Assembly (NCBI GenBank): GCA_964402035.1
Contig: CAYOAM010000003.1
Location: forward strand, 86,480 to 150,479
Source of the DNA: an uncultured Candidatus Saccharibacteria bacterium
GTDB lineage: Bacteria; Patescibacteriota; Minisyncoccia; Phycocordibacterales; UBA918
Length of the DNA: 64,000 nt
Direction of reading: 5' to 3'
Shown here: positions 1 through 8,973 of the stretch, in pieces
Position numbering within the stretch: position 1 is the first letter of the stretch
Layout of the letters: every line of letters begins with the position of its first letter
Notes under the pieces: generated by a model
The model's input: the letters and a program-made list of their open reading frames with translations, nothing else
Told to the model about the DNA's origin: nothing
Database searches by the model: none
Position numbers and translations under genes: made by a program

Positions 1-362
1 CGTCCGTCGATGATGTATGTGGTGACTGCCTCCCCCACATCATAGGCAAAATCTAAATCTCGATCACGAAAAAGTATGTACTGGGTCGTAGGAGCCGTAT
101 CGATATGCACTCCATATCGCGAAGTAAAGATCGGTTGGCCTGACACATCAACATCCCCCCCGCGCACACTGACTCCCAAGACTTGAGCCTCACGGATCGC
201 GAGTGCTATCTCGTACGCACGGTTGCGGAGCAACAGCTCGCTATCAAAACTGGCAAATTGGGTAAGGAGGACGGCACCGAGGATGCCGACGATACTCAAA
301 ACGACAAGCATCTCCACTAGAGTGAAGCCGCGCTGCAAGACTTTTTGTGTAGAGCGATGCAT
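1..362 (-). CDS. Prepilin-type N-terminal cleavage/methylation protein (minor pilin, FimT/GspH-like), runs off window start
   Basis: Manual translation from ATG at 362: MHRSTQKVLQRG-FTLVEMLVVLSIVGILGAVLL..., a class III signal peptide with G|F and E5; open to the window edge. Confidence 0.85.
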   Translation of the reverse strand, partial: MHRSTQKVLQRGFTLVEMLVVLSIVGILGAVLLTQFASFDSELLLRNRAYEIALAIREAQVLGVSVRGGDVDVSGQPIFTSRYGVHIDTAPTTQYILFRDRDLDFAYDVGEAVTTYIIDG

Positions 363-363
363 A

Positions 364-1272
364 TCAATAGATGAAGCGACCCAAAAGCTCCGATACGAGG
401 AGAAATACGTCGACCGAGAGAAACTGCACCAACAGAAAGCCGACGATGAGAAACGGAGCAAATGGTATCTCACTTTTCATTGTAAGTGCGTTCCGAAATA
501 AACGTAAGTGCATTTGTCCCCTATTGTGTAGGGCGCGCGCACAGCGAACAAGACCCAAAAGTGTGAGGCCAACCGCTGCACCAATCCAAAACGACAGCAT
601 AATCATCGAAAGAACACCCGGCCATCCAACAATAAACCCGAGTGGTATCGCCAGTTTTGCATCTCCAAATCCCACCCACCTGCCCTTCGAAACAAACCAC
701 AAAAATGCAAAGAAGAGAAAACCAACTGCTCCACCGAGAAGGTGGTATGCCAGCATGTACACATCGGGGAGAAGGAAAAAATCTGTTGCCATAATAAGTA
801 TCCCCGTAATACTCGTAAGAATGATGAATTCATCAGGGATAATCGTATGAAGCATGTCGTAGACGATGATGAGCACTAACGCCGATATCAGTATGAGATG
901 CGGAAAGATTGATATACCCGAGAATGTATACGCAACAAAGAGAAACAGTAGTCCTGTCAAGAGTTCAACAGCGCTATAGCGGAGTGAAATGCGTGCGCCA
1001 CAATGTCCACAGCGCGCACGGAGTGCTAGGTATGAAAAAACGGGTACCAAATGCCACCACCGTAAATCCTTGCCACAGGAAAGACACCGTGACCTTCCCT
1101 GCAATGTCTTTCCGGTATGCAGTCGATACACCACCACATTGAGAAAACTCCCGATGATGAGCCCAAGGAGAAAAAAGAAAATGTAGCACCATACACTGAA
1201 TACGCCTTCGAGCGGTGCCAGCGGCGACACTCGAACTGATTCATATACTGCAGCTACAAGTCCTTCAAACAT
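364..1272 (-). CDS. pilD: Prepilin peptidase (A24)
   Basis: GSFLNVVVYRL, CxxC...CxxC, YDMLH and GFGDAKL aspartates, IPFAPFL; TAAAAT 6 nt upstream of ATG 1272. Confidence 0.95.
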   Translation of the reverse strand: MFEGLVAAVYESVRVSPLAPLEGVFSVWCYIFFFLLGLIIGSFLNVVVYRLHTGKTLQGRSRCLSCGKDLRWWHLVPVFSYLALRARCGHCGARISLRYSAVELLTGLLFLFVAYTFSGISIFPHLILISALVLIIVYDMLHTIIPDEFIILTSITGILIMATDFFLLPDVYMLAYHLLGGAVGFLFFAFLWFVSKGRWVGFGDAKLAIPLGFIVGWPGVLSMIMLSFWIGAAVGLTLLGLVRCARALHNRGQMHLRLFRNALTMKSEIPFAPFLIVGFLLVQFLSVDVFLLVSELLGRFIY

Positions 1273-1399
1273 CACTATATTTTACAGTACCATTGTACTT
1301 TCCCGAATGAATAAGAAAATCAAAGGCATCCGTATTAGGATGCCTTTCGCTTTAGTACATACACTATACAGTTTGCGTAGCCATGCTCTATAGAAAAAA

Positions 1400-1819
1400 C
1401 TATGGTCCGCAGACGTAGTCTAATGCAAGCGGATCTCCAGAGACAGAGGATGCAACGGAAATAACAGCGTTGCCTGCACTATCAACACAATAGTAGTCTG
1501 TAGATCCCTTTAATTGTGCCTCGAGTGCCCATAAATCGACATCTTCAACGCAGGTTTGACTTGGACTTCCAACAGTAACGGCGCCATTAATAAAAGTAAG
1601 TATTTTTGGATCAGTACAAAGCCCTACATAGGTATTGGCTATTTCATAAAATAATTGCCCTTGAGACCGCGCACTCTGAATATTTGATTTAATAGCAGCG
1701 TCTGCAGCCTTTGTGCGTGCCGTGTTTAAAGAAGCCAGCACAACCGACGCCAAGATACCAATAATTGCAATCACGACAAGGAGTTCGATAAGGGTAAACC
1801 CTTTAATTCTATTATTCAT
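1400..1819 (-). CDS. Type IV pilin
   Basis: KG-FTLIELLVVIAIIGILASVVLASL; C-terminal YCVDS motif with cysteines. Confidence 0.92.
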   Translation of the reverse strand: MNNRIKGFTLIELLVVIAIIGILASVVLASLNTARTKAADAAIKSNIQSARSQGQLFYEIANTYVGLCTDPKILTFINGAVTVGSPSQTCVEDVDLWALEAQLKGSTDYYCVDSAGNAVISVASSVSGDPLALDYVCGP

Positions 1820-1983
1820 AATAAGTTACTGATCTTACTCTTAATAATAACATGTCCGATACCCATGGAAATACAGACGTGTGCATGTCTAAATATAATT
1901 TTTATATCAACAGATTGTATAACTCACAAAACAGCAAAAAAACCGCTTTCGCGGTCTTTTTGTTTCTTGTTGCTTACTACCAA

Positions 1984-2499
1984 TTATTCAACACAAGCAC
2001 CTGCCGCAACCTCTGCCGTTACGCCAGCCTGATCATTTGTGGCTATAGTCACTTGTTTCGACTTGCCAGTACTGTCAACACACCAACCTGTGAGTGGGTT
2101 GGTTTTTAATTGCGTCACGACTGCATAAGCAGCTTGATTGGCACTCGAACTGCAAGCATTTAGCCCTGCACTCGCAGCCTTAGCACTGTTGATCAACGTC
2201 AATACTTGGGGTTCCGCAAAAATAGCATCAGCCGACGCTGCGCAAGCACCAGCTGCAATTGCAGCAGCTGCGCAAGCACCAGCACCATCCCCATAACAAC
2301 TTCCTCGGTCAAACTCTATCTCAGCTTGAGAGCGTATTGCTGACATTTCTGACTTTACTTTTGCATCAGCACCCTTTGATCGTGCAGTATTGAGCGAAGC
2401 CAACACAACCGAAGCCAAGATACCGATAATAGCGATCACGACGAGGAGTTCGATAAGGGTGAAACCTCTTTTCATACTCTTTTTTATATTAATAGACAT
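1984..2499 (-). CDS. Type IV pilin (candidate major pilin)
   Basis: RG-FTLIELLVVIAIIGILASVVLASL; WCVDS motif; paralog of 1400..1819. Confidence 0.92.
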   Translation of the reverse strand: MSINIKKSMKRGFTLIELLVVIAIIGILASVVLASLNTARSKGADAKVKSEMSAIRSQAEIEFDRGSCYGDGAGACAAAAIAAGACAASADAIFAEPQVLTLINSAKAASAGLNACSSSANQAAYAVVTQLKTNPLTGWCVDSTGKSKQVTIATNDQAGVTAEVAAGACVE

Positions 2500-2626
2500 A
2501 ATTGATCTAGATGTTACTAAAACTCTTTATTAGCTAATGTTTACCACGAGTTTAGTGGTTCCCCCCATTATACGCCTTTCCCAACGGGTTTTCCGTTACC
2601 CTGTGGAAAACAAATCTTTTGTATGC

Positions 2627-3835
2627 CTAGATTCCCGAAGCAATATTGTAGATTGGCATCAAGATAGCGGAAAGGAGGATGCCGACACCGACACCGAGCG
2701 CTACAATCATGGCTGGCTCGATGAGGTTGATGACGGTATCAACGGCGTTGTTGACCTCACGACGATAGAACTTTGCCAAAGTCTCCAAAATCTTTGAAAG
2801 ATTGCCCGTCTCCTCACCCACCTTGATCATCTGCGACATCACGCCAGGGATTTCGGGAAATTCTCCGAAAGAATCAGATACTGACTTTCCCGCCTTCACA
2901 TCAGCAATCACATCTTCAAGCATGCTTCGATACACTTTGTTGCCAACAAGATCTGCCGTAATCTCAAGTGTTTGCACCATGGAAAGCCCACTCGCAAGGA
3001 GCGTTGAGAACGTGTCCGCTATGCGCGAAAGATAGAGTTTGGTGAAGAGATCTCCAATGTATGGCACCGATAACTTGAGTTCGTCGAGTGCTCGCGCACC
3101 CACCTCCGTGCGCACAAAGCGCCACAGCATCACGGCTCCGATACCTAAGAAAATAAGAATGAATACGATGTAACTGGTGAGAAAATGTGAGAGACCAATG
3201 ATTAATTTCGTGAATAACGGCAATTCCTGACTTGTACCTTCAATAATTTCCGCCAGGCGCGGGATCACCATCGTAAGCATCAGCACCATCACCGTAACAA
3301 AGGTAAAAATCACAAAGGCAGGATAGATGAGTGCGTTGCGTGCCTTGCTCATGACCTCGTACGTTCGGTCGAGGTTGTCTGCAAGCTGCATAAAGACTTG
3401 ATCAAGACGGCCCGACTCCTCACCGGCGCGCACCATGTTGACATAGAAAGATGAAAATGTGTCTGGGTGGCGATTGAGTGCTTTTGAAATGGTGCTTCCC
3501 CCTTGGATATCGTCCGCCACTTCGGTCAAGATACGCTGCAGCATGGGGTTTTCAGCTTCTGACGAGAGGAGACGAAATACGCGGAGCGCAGACACTTGTG
3601 CTTCAAAGAGGGTTGCTATTTGGCGTGAAAAAATAACAATTTCCTTGTTTGAAATGTGTTCGAGAAAGGTGAATTGGATATTTAAAATACCTGTTTTCTC
3701 TGCAAGAGGGTCGATGGCCGTTACGGTGTAGCCACGACGCTGGAGTGAACTGATGGCTACATCAATATTTGAGGCATCGATAGTGCCTTCACGCTTGCTT
3801 CCTTCCTTATCTAGTGCTTTGTAACTAAAAAGCAT
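2627..3835 (-). CDS. pilC: Type IV pilus platform protein PilC/GspF family
   Basis: Two T2SSF repeats (AGEESG, VGEETG), YPAFV and EPAMIV motifs. Confidence 0.93.
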   Translation of the reverse strand: MLFSYKALDKEGSKREGTIDASNIDVAISSLQRRGYTVTAIDPLAEKTGILNIQFTFLEHISNKEIVIFSRQIATLFEAQVSALRVFRLLSSEAENPMLQRILTEVADDIQGGSTISKALNRHPDTFSSFYVNMVRAGEESGRLDQVFMQLADNLDRTYEVMSKARNALIYPAFVIFTFVTVMVLMLTMVIPRLAEIIEGTSQELPLFTKLIIGLSHFLTSYIVFILIFLGIGAVMLWRFVRTEVGARALDELKLSVPYIGDLFTKLYLSRIADTFSTLLASGLSMVQTLEITADLVGNKVYRSMLEDVIADVKAGKSVSDSFGEFPEIPGVMSQMIKVGEETGNLSKILETLAKFYRREVNNAVDTVINLIEPAMIVALGVGVGILLSAILMPIYNIASGI

Positions 3836-3838
3836 ATG

Positions 3839-4909
3839 TTACAGGAGTCGTTTTAGTGACTTTGGGTTGACCGAGTACGCAAAAGCATTTTCAACGGTAA
3901 TCTCGCCTTTGTGTACCAATTCTGCCAATGAGCGATTCATCTCGATCATGCCGTGCTCAGAGCCAGTCTCAATGACAGTATTGACCTCGTGAGTACGTCG
4001 CTCGCGAATGAGGTTTGCGACCGCACTGTTGTTGATCAAAAGCTCGTACGCAGGGATAAGCCCACCCGCAATGCGGGGCACAAGACGTTGTGAGAAGATA
4101 CCCAAAAGTGAACCTGCGAGCTGGACACGGATCTGGTCCTGCTGACCTGCAGGGAATGAGTCGATAATACGATCAATGGTTTGTGCGGCGCTGTTGGTGT
4201 GGAGTGTTGAAAGGACCAGGTGCCCTGTTTCAGCAGCAGTCACAGCAGTCCCAATAGTCTCAGGAGAGCGCATTTCTCCCACCATAATGACGTCGACGTC
4301 TTGGCGAAACGCCGAATGGAGCGCTGCATGAAAATCGACCGTATCGACACGTACTTCACGCTGGTCGATGAGTGAGCGTTTTGGCTCAAAAATGTACTCG
4401 ATCGGATCTTCGATGGTGACAATATGTTCTGCCTTGGAGCTATTGATAATATCGACCATCGCCGCAAGTGTCGTCGATTTGCCTTGTCCCACTGGACCCA
4501 CACAGAGAAAGAACCCTTGTGGACGCGCAGCAAAACTCTCGAGGATCGGCGGCAGTGCAAGCTCAGTCAACGTGCGGATCTTGTTCGGGATATGACGAAG
4601 AGCGACCGATACGCCGCCACGCTGGAAAAAACCATTGCCACGAAAACGAACACCATCGCGATATGCATATGAAAAATCGACTTCTTTGGTTGCCAAGAAA
4701 TCTTTCATCTGCTCCTCATTGAGAAAAACCTCAACAAAGCCCATAGCATCCGCTTCGGTCAAGACTGGTTTTTTGAGAAGCGGAATCAATGACCCCGAGA
4801 CACGGATCATAGGATGACTCCCGACTGAAAGGTGCAAGTCAGAACCACCTTCAGACACGACAATGTCAATTAGTTCATCACGCTCCCCTTTGTAATCAAC
4901 GCTCGACAT
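3839..4909 (-). CDS. pilT: Type IV pilus retraction ATPase
   Basis: SDLHLSVG, GPVGQGKST, TIEDPIEY, AAETGHLVLSTLHT, AVANLIRE (AIRNLIRE-like). Confidence 0.93.
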   Translation of the reverse strand: MSSVDYKGERDELIDIVVSEGGSDLHLSVGSHPMIRVSGSLIPLLKKPVLTEADAMGFVEVFLNEEQMKDFLATKEVDFSYAYRDGVRFRGNGFFQRGGVSVALRHIPNKIRTLTELALPPILESFAARPQGFFLCVGPVGQGKSTTLAAMVDIINSSKAEHIVTIEDPIEYIFEPKRSLIDQREVRVDTVDFHAALHSAFRQDVDVIMVGEMRSPETIGTAVTAAETGHLVLSTLHTNSAAQTIDRIIDSFPAGQQDQIRVQLAGSLLGIFSQRLVPRIAGGLIPAYELLINNSAVANLIRERRTHEVNTVIETGSEHGMIEMNRSLAELVHKGEITVENAFAYSVNPKSLKRLL

Positions 4910-4911
4910 AA

Positions 4912-5298
4912 TTATTCTTTCTTTTTCTTATGGGCAAAGACTGATTTTACTTGGGCGACAACTTCACTCGGAATCACATTTGCTTTGATAATGTACCCGT
5001 CAGCGCCTAATGCTTTTGCCTCTTCGACATCTTCTTTCTCACCCTGGTTTGAAAGGACAATACACACCGGATCTGCACCGAGCGACTCGGACTTTATGGC
5101 ACGCAAAAGATCCATGCCATTGAGATGCGGCATGATCATATCCAGAAGTACAATGTCGTATGTTTTTCCTCCACGCAATTTTGAAAGTGCTTCTTCAACA
5201 CTCTTTGAGGTGTCTACATTAAACTCAGACTCGCCAAACTTGACCGCGTACATATCGAGTAAAAAAGAATCATCGTCAACGATCAGAATTTTTTCCAT
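4912..5298 (-). CDS. Stand-alone response regulator receiver protein
   Basis: ILIVDDD, LLDMIMP, LSN, GYIIK; TATAAT 6 nt before ATG 5298. Confidence 0.9.
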   Translation of the reverse strand: MEKILIVDDDSFLLDMYAVKFGESEFNVDTSKSVEEALSKLRGGKTYDIVLLDMIMPHLNGMDLLRAIKSESLGADPVCIVLSNQGEKEDVEEAKALGADGYIIKANVIPSEVVAQVKSVFAHKKKKE

Positions 5299-5305
5299 AT
5301 AAATA

Positions 5306-7126
5306 TTATACTGCTTCAGCCGCAATATCTCGAGTAATGTTATCGACACGTGCTTGAGCCTTCTCTTCTTCTGCTTCAGGGTCTTCTGCCAAAAGCGCTC
5401 CACCCAGAGAATTTATCTCTTCAAAGGGAATCTCATGATTCATCGCTTTAATCATCGCATCTTCGCGCATGGAGATAAAACCATGTGCGCGTGCAACTTT
5501 GTACATCTCTTCTTCTGAACCACCTTTCAAGATGAGCTGCTCAAGTTCATCCGTAATCTCAAATGCCTCCATGACCGCCATACGTCCACGTGTACCATTG
5601 GGACATTCTTTGGTGGCAGCTGCACGAAGCACGCTCATAGAGCTCGGTATAATCCCCCGATGCTCTGCGGGCAAATCGACAAACTGCGCGTCGATCATTG
5701 CCTTGAGGCTGCCCTTGAGCGACAACTCTTTTCCTGAATTAGGACAGATCTTTTTTACCAATCGCTGCGCCATAGCGAGTATCAATGTCGGTGCAATAAG
5801 ATACGGATCAACACCCATGTCGATCAGGCGCGGTACCACACCAATACTGTTGTTGGTGTGAATCGTTGAAAGTACTAAATGTCCGGTGAGCGCAGCTTGG
5901 ATCGCGAGCTGCGCCGTCTCTTTATCGCGGATTTCTCCCACCATGATAATGTCGGGGTCCTGACGCAAGACAGTACGAAGTCCGTTGGCAAACGTATAGC
6001 CAATCTCGGGACGCATCTGCGACTGACTCACGCCATCGATCTTGTACTCAACCGGATCCTCGAGCGATATCACATTTTTTCCAATCCGATCAACCTCATT
6101 TAGCATGGCGTAGAGCGTCGTAGATTTTCCCGAACCGGTAGGTCCTGAAATAAGGACAATGCCATACGGCTGGCGTACCGCCTTCTTTATGAGGTCAAGC
6201 TGGTACTTGGAGATACCAATGTCTTCCAAGGTGCGTACCCCACTCTCCGGGTCCAAAATACGCATCACGACCTTTTCGCCGTACTGTGTAGGGAGTGTCG
6301 AAACACGAAAATCAATCTTTCGATTGTCGATGGTCGCTGAAAAGCGTCCGTCTTGTGGTTTGCGCTTTTCGTCAAGGCGCAAGGACGAGAGAATTTTGAC
6401 ACGTGCCACGATCGCCGTCTGCACTTTCATAGGAAGTTCAATGCTCGTAGCCAGCACACCATCGACACGAAAACGTACACGTACTTTTTCTTCCGTTGGT
6501 TCGATATGAATATCCGAAGCATGGCCATCGACGGCGTAACGGAGAATCGTCGCCACGATACGAGTCACCGGTGCATCTTCCTTGATGATCTCTTTGGCAT
6601 TACCGGGTGTTTTCTCTTCTTCTTTTTCGCGTGTACGCTCCTCTGATTCGCTCGTGAGCTCTGTTTCAAGGTCAGTCAAAGCCTCGTCGACCTCTCCGGT
6701 GATATTGGCATACATTTCAAGCACTTTTTCCAAATCTTGCTCCAAAATGAGCATGAGCTTGTAGGGCAAGGCATTTTTTGATGATATGAAGTTTAAGGCA
6801 TCAAGAGCAGTGAGGTTATCGGGGTCTGTGACCCCAACTTCCAATACCCCATCTTTCTCTTCGAGCGGTACCAGGCGGTAGTGTCTCGCAGACTCCTCCG
6901 GTAAATAGCGCAAAATAGCTGGAGCAATTTTTTCCTGTGGCTGCAACCTTCGTGTCGGTAATCGATAGTATTCTCCTAATGCCGCCAGAAGCACATCGGG
7001 GTCAATGCCATTTTTCATGAGCGCACTCTCTAGTTTTGCGCTATTACCACCCGACTCAGCCAAAACAGCATCCGCAACCTCCTGCGTTAAAAGATTCTTC
7101 TCTTTGAGAGTATCGAGGATATGCAT
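5306..7126 (-). CDS. pilB: Type IV pilus assembly ATPase PilB/GspE family (copy 1)
   Basis: ASDIHIEP, PQDGR, GPTGSGKSTT, EDPVEY, LRQDPD, LTGHLVLSTIHTN. Confidence 0.93.
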   Translation of the reverse strand: MHILDTLKEKNLLTQEVADAVLAESGGNSAKLESALMKNGIDPDVLLAALGEYYRLPTRRLQPQEKIAPAILRYLPEESARHYRLVPLEEKDGVLEVGVTDPDNLTALDALNFISSKNALPYKLMLILEQDLEKVLEMYANITGEVDEALTDLETELTSESEERTREKEEEKTPGNAKEIIKEDAPVTRIVATILRYAVDGHASDIHIEPTEEKVRVRFRVDGVLATSIELPMKVQTAIVARVKILSSLRLDEKRKPQDGRFSATIDNRKIDFRVSTLPTQYGEKVVMRILDPESGVRTLEDIGISKYQLDLIKKAVRQPYGIVLISGPTGSGKSTTLYAMLNEVDRIGKNVISLEDPVEYKIDGVSQSQMRPEIGYTFANGLRTVLRQDPDIIMVGEIRDKETAQLAIQAALTGHLVLSTIHTNNSIGVVPRLIDMGVDPYLIAPTLILAMAQRLVKKICPNSGKELSLKGSLKAMIDAQFVDLPAEHRGIIPSSMSVLRAAATKECPNGTRGRMAVMEAFEITDELEQLILKGGSEEEMYKVARAHGFISMREDAMIKAMNHEIPFEEINSLGGALLAEDPEAEEEKAQARVDNITRDIAAEAV

Positions 7127-7145
7127 ACCACGATCACACTAGACA

Positions 7146-7451
7146 CTACTTCTTTTTTGGGTTGACCGGCAAGAATGGATTCTCACGCCCAGCGTCTTCT
7201 GGGATGTCAGGTTTGCGAATATCATCAAGTGAAGTGAACCGAGGATCGCTAAGAACATCACCTTTGAGCTCTATAGCTTTGAGCTGCTGCAGGGTTGCAA
7301 GAAATTCTTGTGCGCTCAACAGTGCCTCGCTCGTCGCAGCACCACTCACGGACGTCGCCGCATCATCAGTCTGAATAAAGACAACATACCCAAGATAGAG
7401 AATGACTGCGAGGCCGAGAGCGAGTAGTAAGTTACGAATGAGTCCTGACAT
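7146..7451 (-). CDS. Small membrane-anchored protein (PilP-like position, GRENPF motif)
   Basis: N-terminal TM helix, C-terminal GRxNPF; lies downstream of pilO in the pilM-N-O operon. Confidence 0.65.
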   Translation of the reverse strand: MSGLIRNLLLALGLAVILYLGYVVFIQTDDAATSVSGAATSEALLSAQEFLATLQQLKAIELKGDVLSDPRFTSLDDIRKPDIPEDAGRENPFLPVNPKKK

Positions 7452-7454
7452 AGA

Positions 7455-8054
7455 TTATTTTGCTACACTGTTTACAAATGCATAGGTACGAAGTGTGATA
7501 TCGAATGTCATAAGATCACCTTCTGAGGCAGTAAATGTGAGATCCGTGACATCCAAAAACACCAGACTTTTTTCAAGATCGATCATCAGGGCGCGAAAAT
7601 CCTCGTACGTACCAAGAAGCCCAAGCTTAATATCGCGCGACGTATAGTGCTTTGGCACTTCTCCTTCAGGAGTAACGCCAACACTTGCTTCCGCAGCTGC
7701 TGCAGCGCGGCTACCCTTTGGAGCAACTTCCTTTGATTTTTCAACACTCACACTCGTGAGTGAGATTTTATGCATTCGCGTGAGCTCGTCCAAGTCTCGC
7801 ACGAGCGCTACTTCCTTGACCTCTGTCGGCAACATGGTCTTGAGGTTATCCATCGCCACCGGATCAAAACTCTTCATAAGATTGATTTTTCGCACCAACT
7901 CAGCTTGAAGAGCATCAGCTTGCTGTATGGCTTCGTCATATTCTGCCGACTGTTTCTGCACCTCCTTTACCGATTCAAACGTCGGTTTGATATACGTAAA
8001 ACCGAGACCGATGGCGATCAAGATTGCGATAATAGGTGCTAGTGCTTTAAACAT
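7455..8054 (-). CDS. pilO: Type IV pilus alignment protein PilO-like
   Basis: TM helix plus coiled coil, MLP motif, GTYEDF ferredoxin-like region; operon position. Confidence 0.75.
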   Translation of the reverse strand: MFKALAPIIAILIAIGLGFTYIKPTFESVKEVQKQSAEYDEAIQQADALQAELVRKINLMKSFDPVAMDNLKTMLPTEVKEVALVRDLDELTRMHKISLTSVSVEKSKEVAPKGSRAAAAAEASVGVTPEGEVPKHYTSRDIKLGLLGTYEDFRALMIDLEKSLVFLDVTDLTFTASEGDLMTFDITLRTYAFVNSVAK

Positions 8055-8055
8055 A

Positions 8056-8742
8056 TTATGGATTTTGTACTTCGGTCACGGGAACCGTATCTGTCACAGG
8101 GTTTGGATCAAGGATGTCACCCTCATTTTCCTCTATATCTGGCAATACCTCGTAAGCCACAGCCTTTGGATCGAGTTCGGATGATACCTTAAACGTAATT
8201 TTGTCGTCTTCTTCGTCCTCGCCGGGCGTTATGGTTAAATCAGAAAAAATGAGGGAGCCCTCCTCAAACGATTTTTCTTCCTTGAACCCACGCTCTTGAA
8301 GGACGATGGTATTAAAGGTCGGTCCTGAACCAGCAAGCGCTACTTTTGCGGTACCAGATTCTTCACGTTTGAAACTAAAGCTAGTGAGCTCAACCTTTCC
8401 TTGTGTGCGCACCTCCAAGGCATCAAAAAGTCGTGTTAGTGAGAGATGCTGATTGAGGAGCAGATTCGCCGTTTGAAACTTATAGTCAAGATTGCGAATT
8501 TCCTCAATATTGGTCTGAGGAAATTTTGAGCGTTTTTCCGTAAGCGCTATTTTTTTTGCGGCCAAATCGTCCGCATTGTACTTTTTGTAAAAGAAGACCC
8601 CGACCGAAAGAGCGAGTGTTGCCAAAAAAATGGTCGTTGAGATAAAGGTGAGTACGTTGAAACTGCGGTGTTGACGTGAACCGCCAGCTGCGGGACCTGC
8701 AGACTGCTTTGGAATGAACGATGTTTGCGGAGTTGGAGGCAT
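8056..8742 (-). CDS. PilN-like alignment protein
   Basis: TSFIPK N-terminus, single TM, coiled coil; between pilM and pilO; TATACT 7 nt upstream of ATG 8742. Confidence 0.65.
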   Translation of the reverse strand: MPPTPQTSFIPKQSAGPAAGGSRQHRSFNVLTFISTTIFLATLALSVGVFFYKKYNADDLAAKKIALTEKRSKFPQTNIEEIRNLDYKFQTANLLLNQHLSLTRLFDALEVRTQGKVELTSFSFKREESGTAKVALAGSGPTFNTIVLQERGFKEEKSFEEGSLIFSDLTITPGEDEEDDKITFKVSSELDPKAVAYEVLPDIEENEGDILDPNPVTDTVPVTEVQNP

Positions 8743-8791
8743 TGTTACCAGTATAAAGATAATGTGTCTGTATTGATAGCAAACGATGTGG

Positions 8792-8841
8792 ACATGAATG
8801 CACGGTGTGCCAAAATATTTTGGCACACCGTGCATTCATGT
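8792..8841. repeat. Perfect 50-bp palindrome with no spacer
   Basis: ACATGAATGCACGGTGTGCCAAAAT|ATTTTGGCACACCGTGCATTCATGT. Confidence 0.97.
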
Positions 8842-8849
8842 AGATAATT

Positions 8850-8973
8850 CTAAGCACACTAAAAATTTCAGATACGAGGCGCCAAGGAACGAGGACCCGA
8901 GTCGTACCTGATGTACGGTGAGCGGTACGAGTGACGATGGTAACGACGTAGATGGATTTTTTGGTGTGCTTAG
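8850..8973 (+). repeat. ~124-bp structured hairpin element, copy A (MITE/REP-like or ncRNA)
   Basis: Imperfect 21-bp terminal inverted repeats; core matches 63137-63259. Confidence 0.8.
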
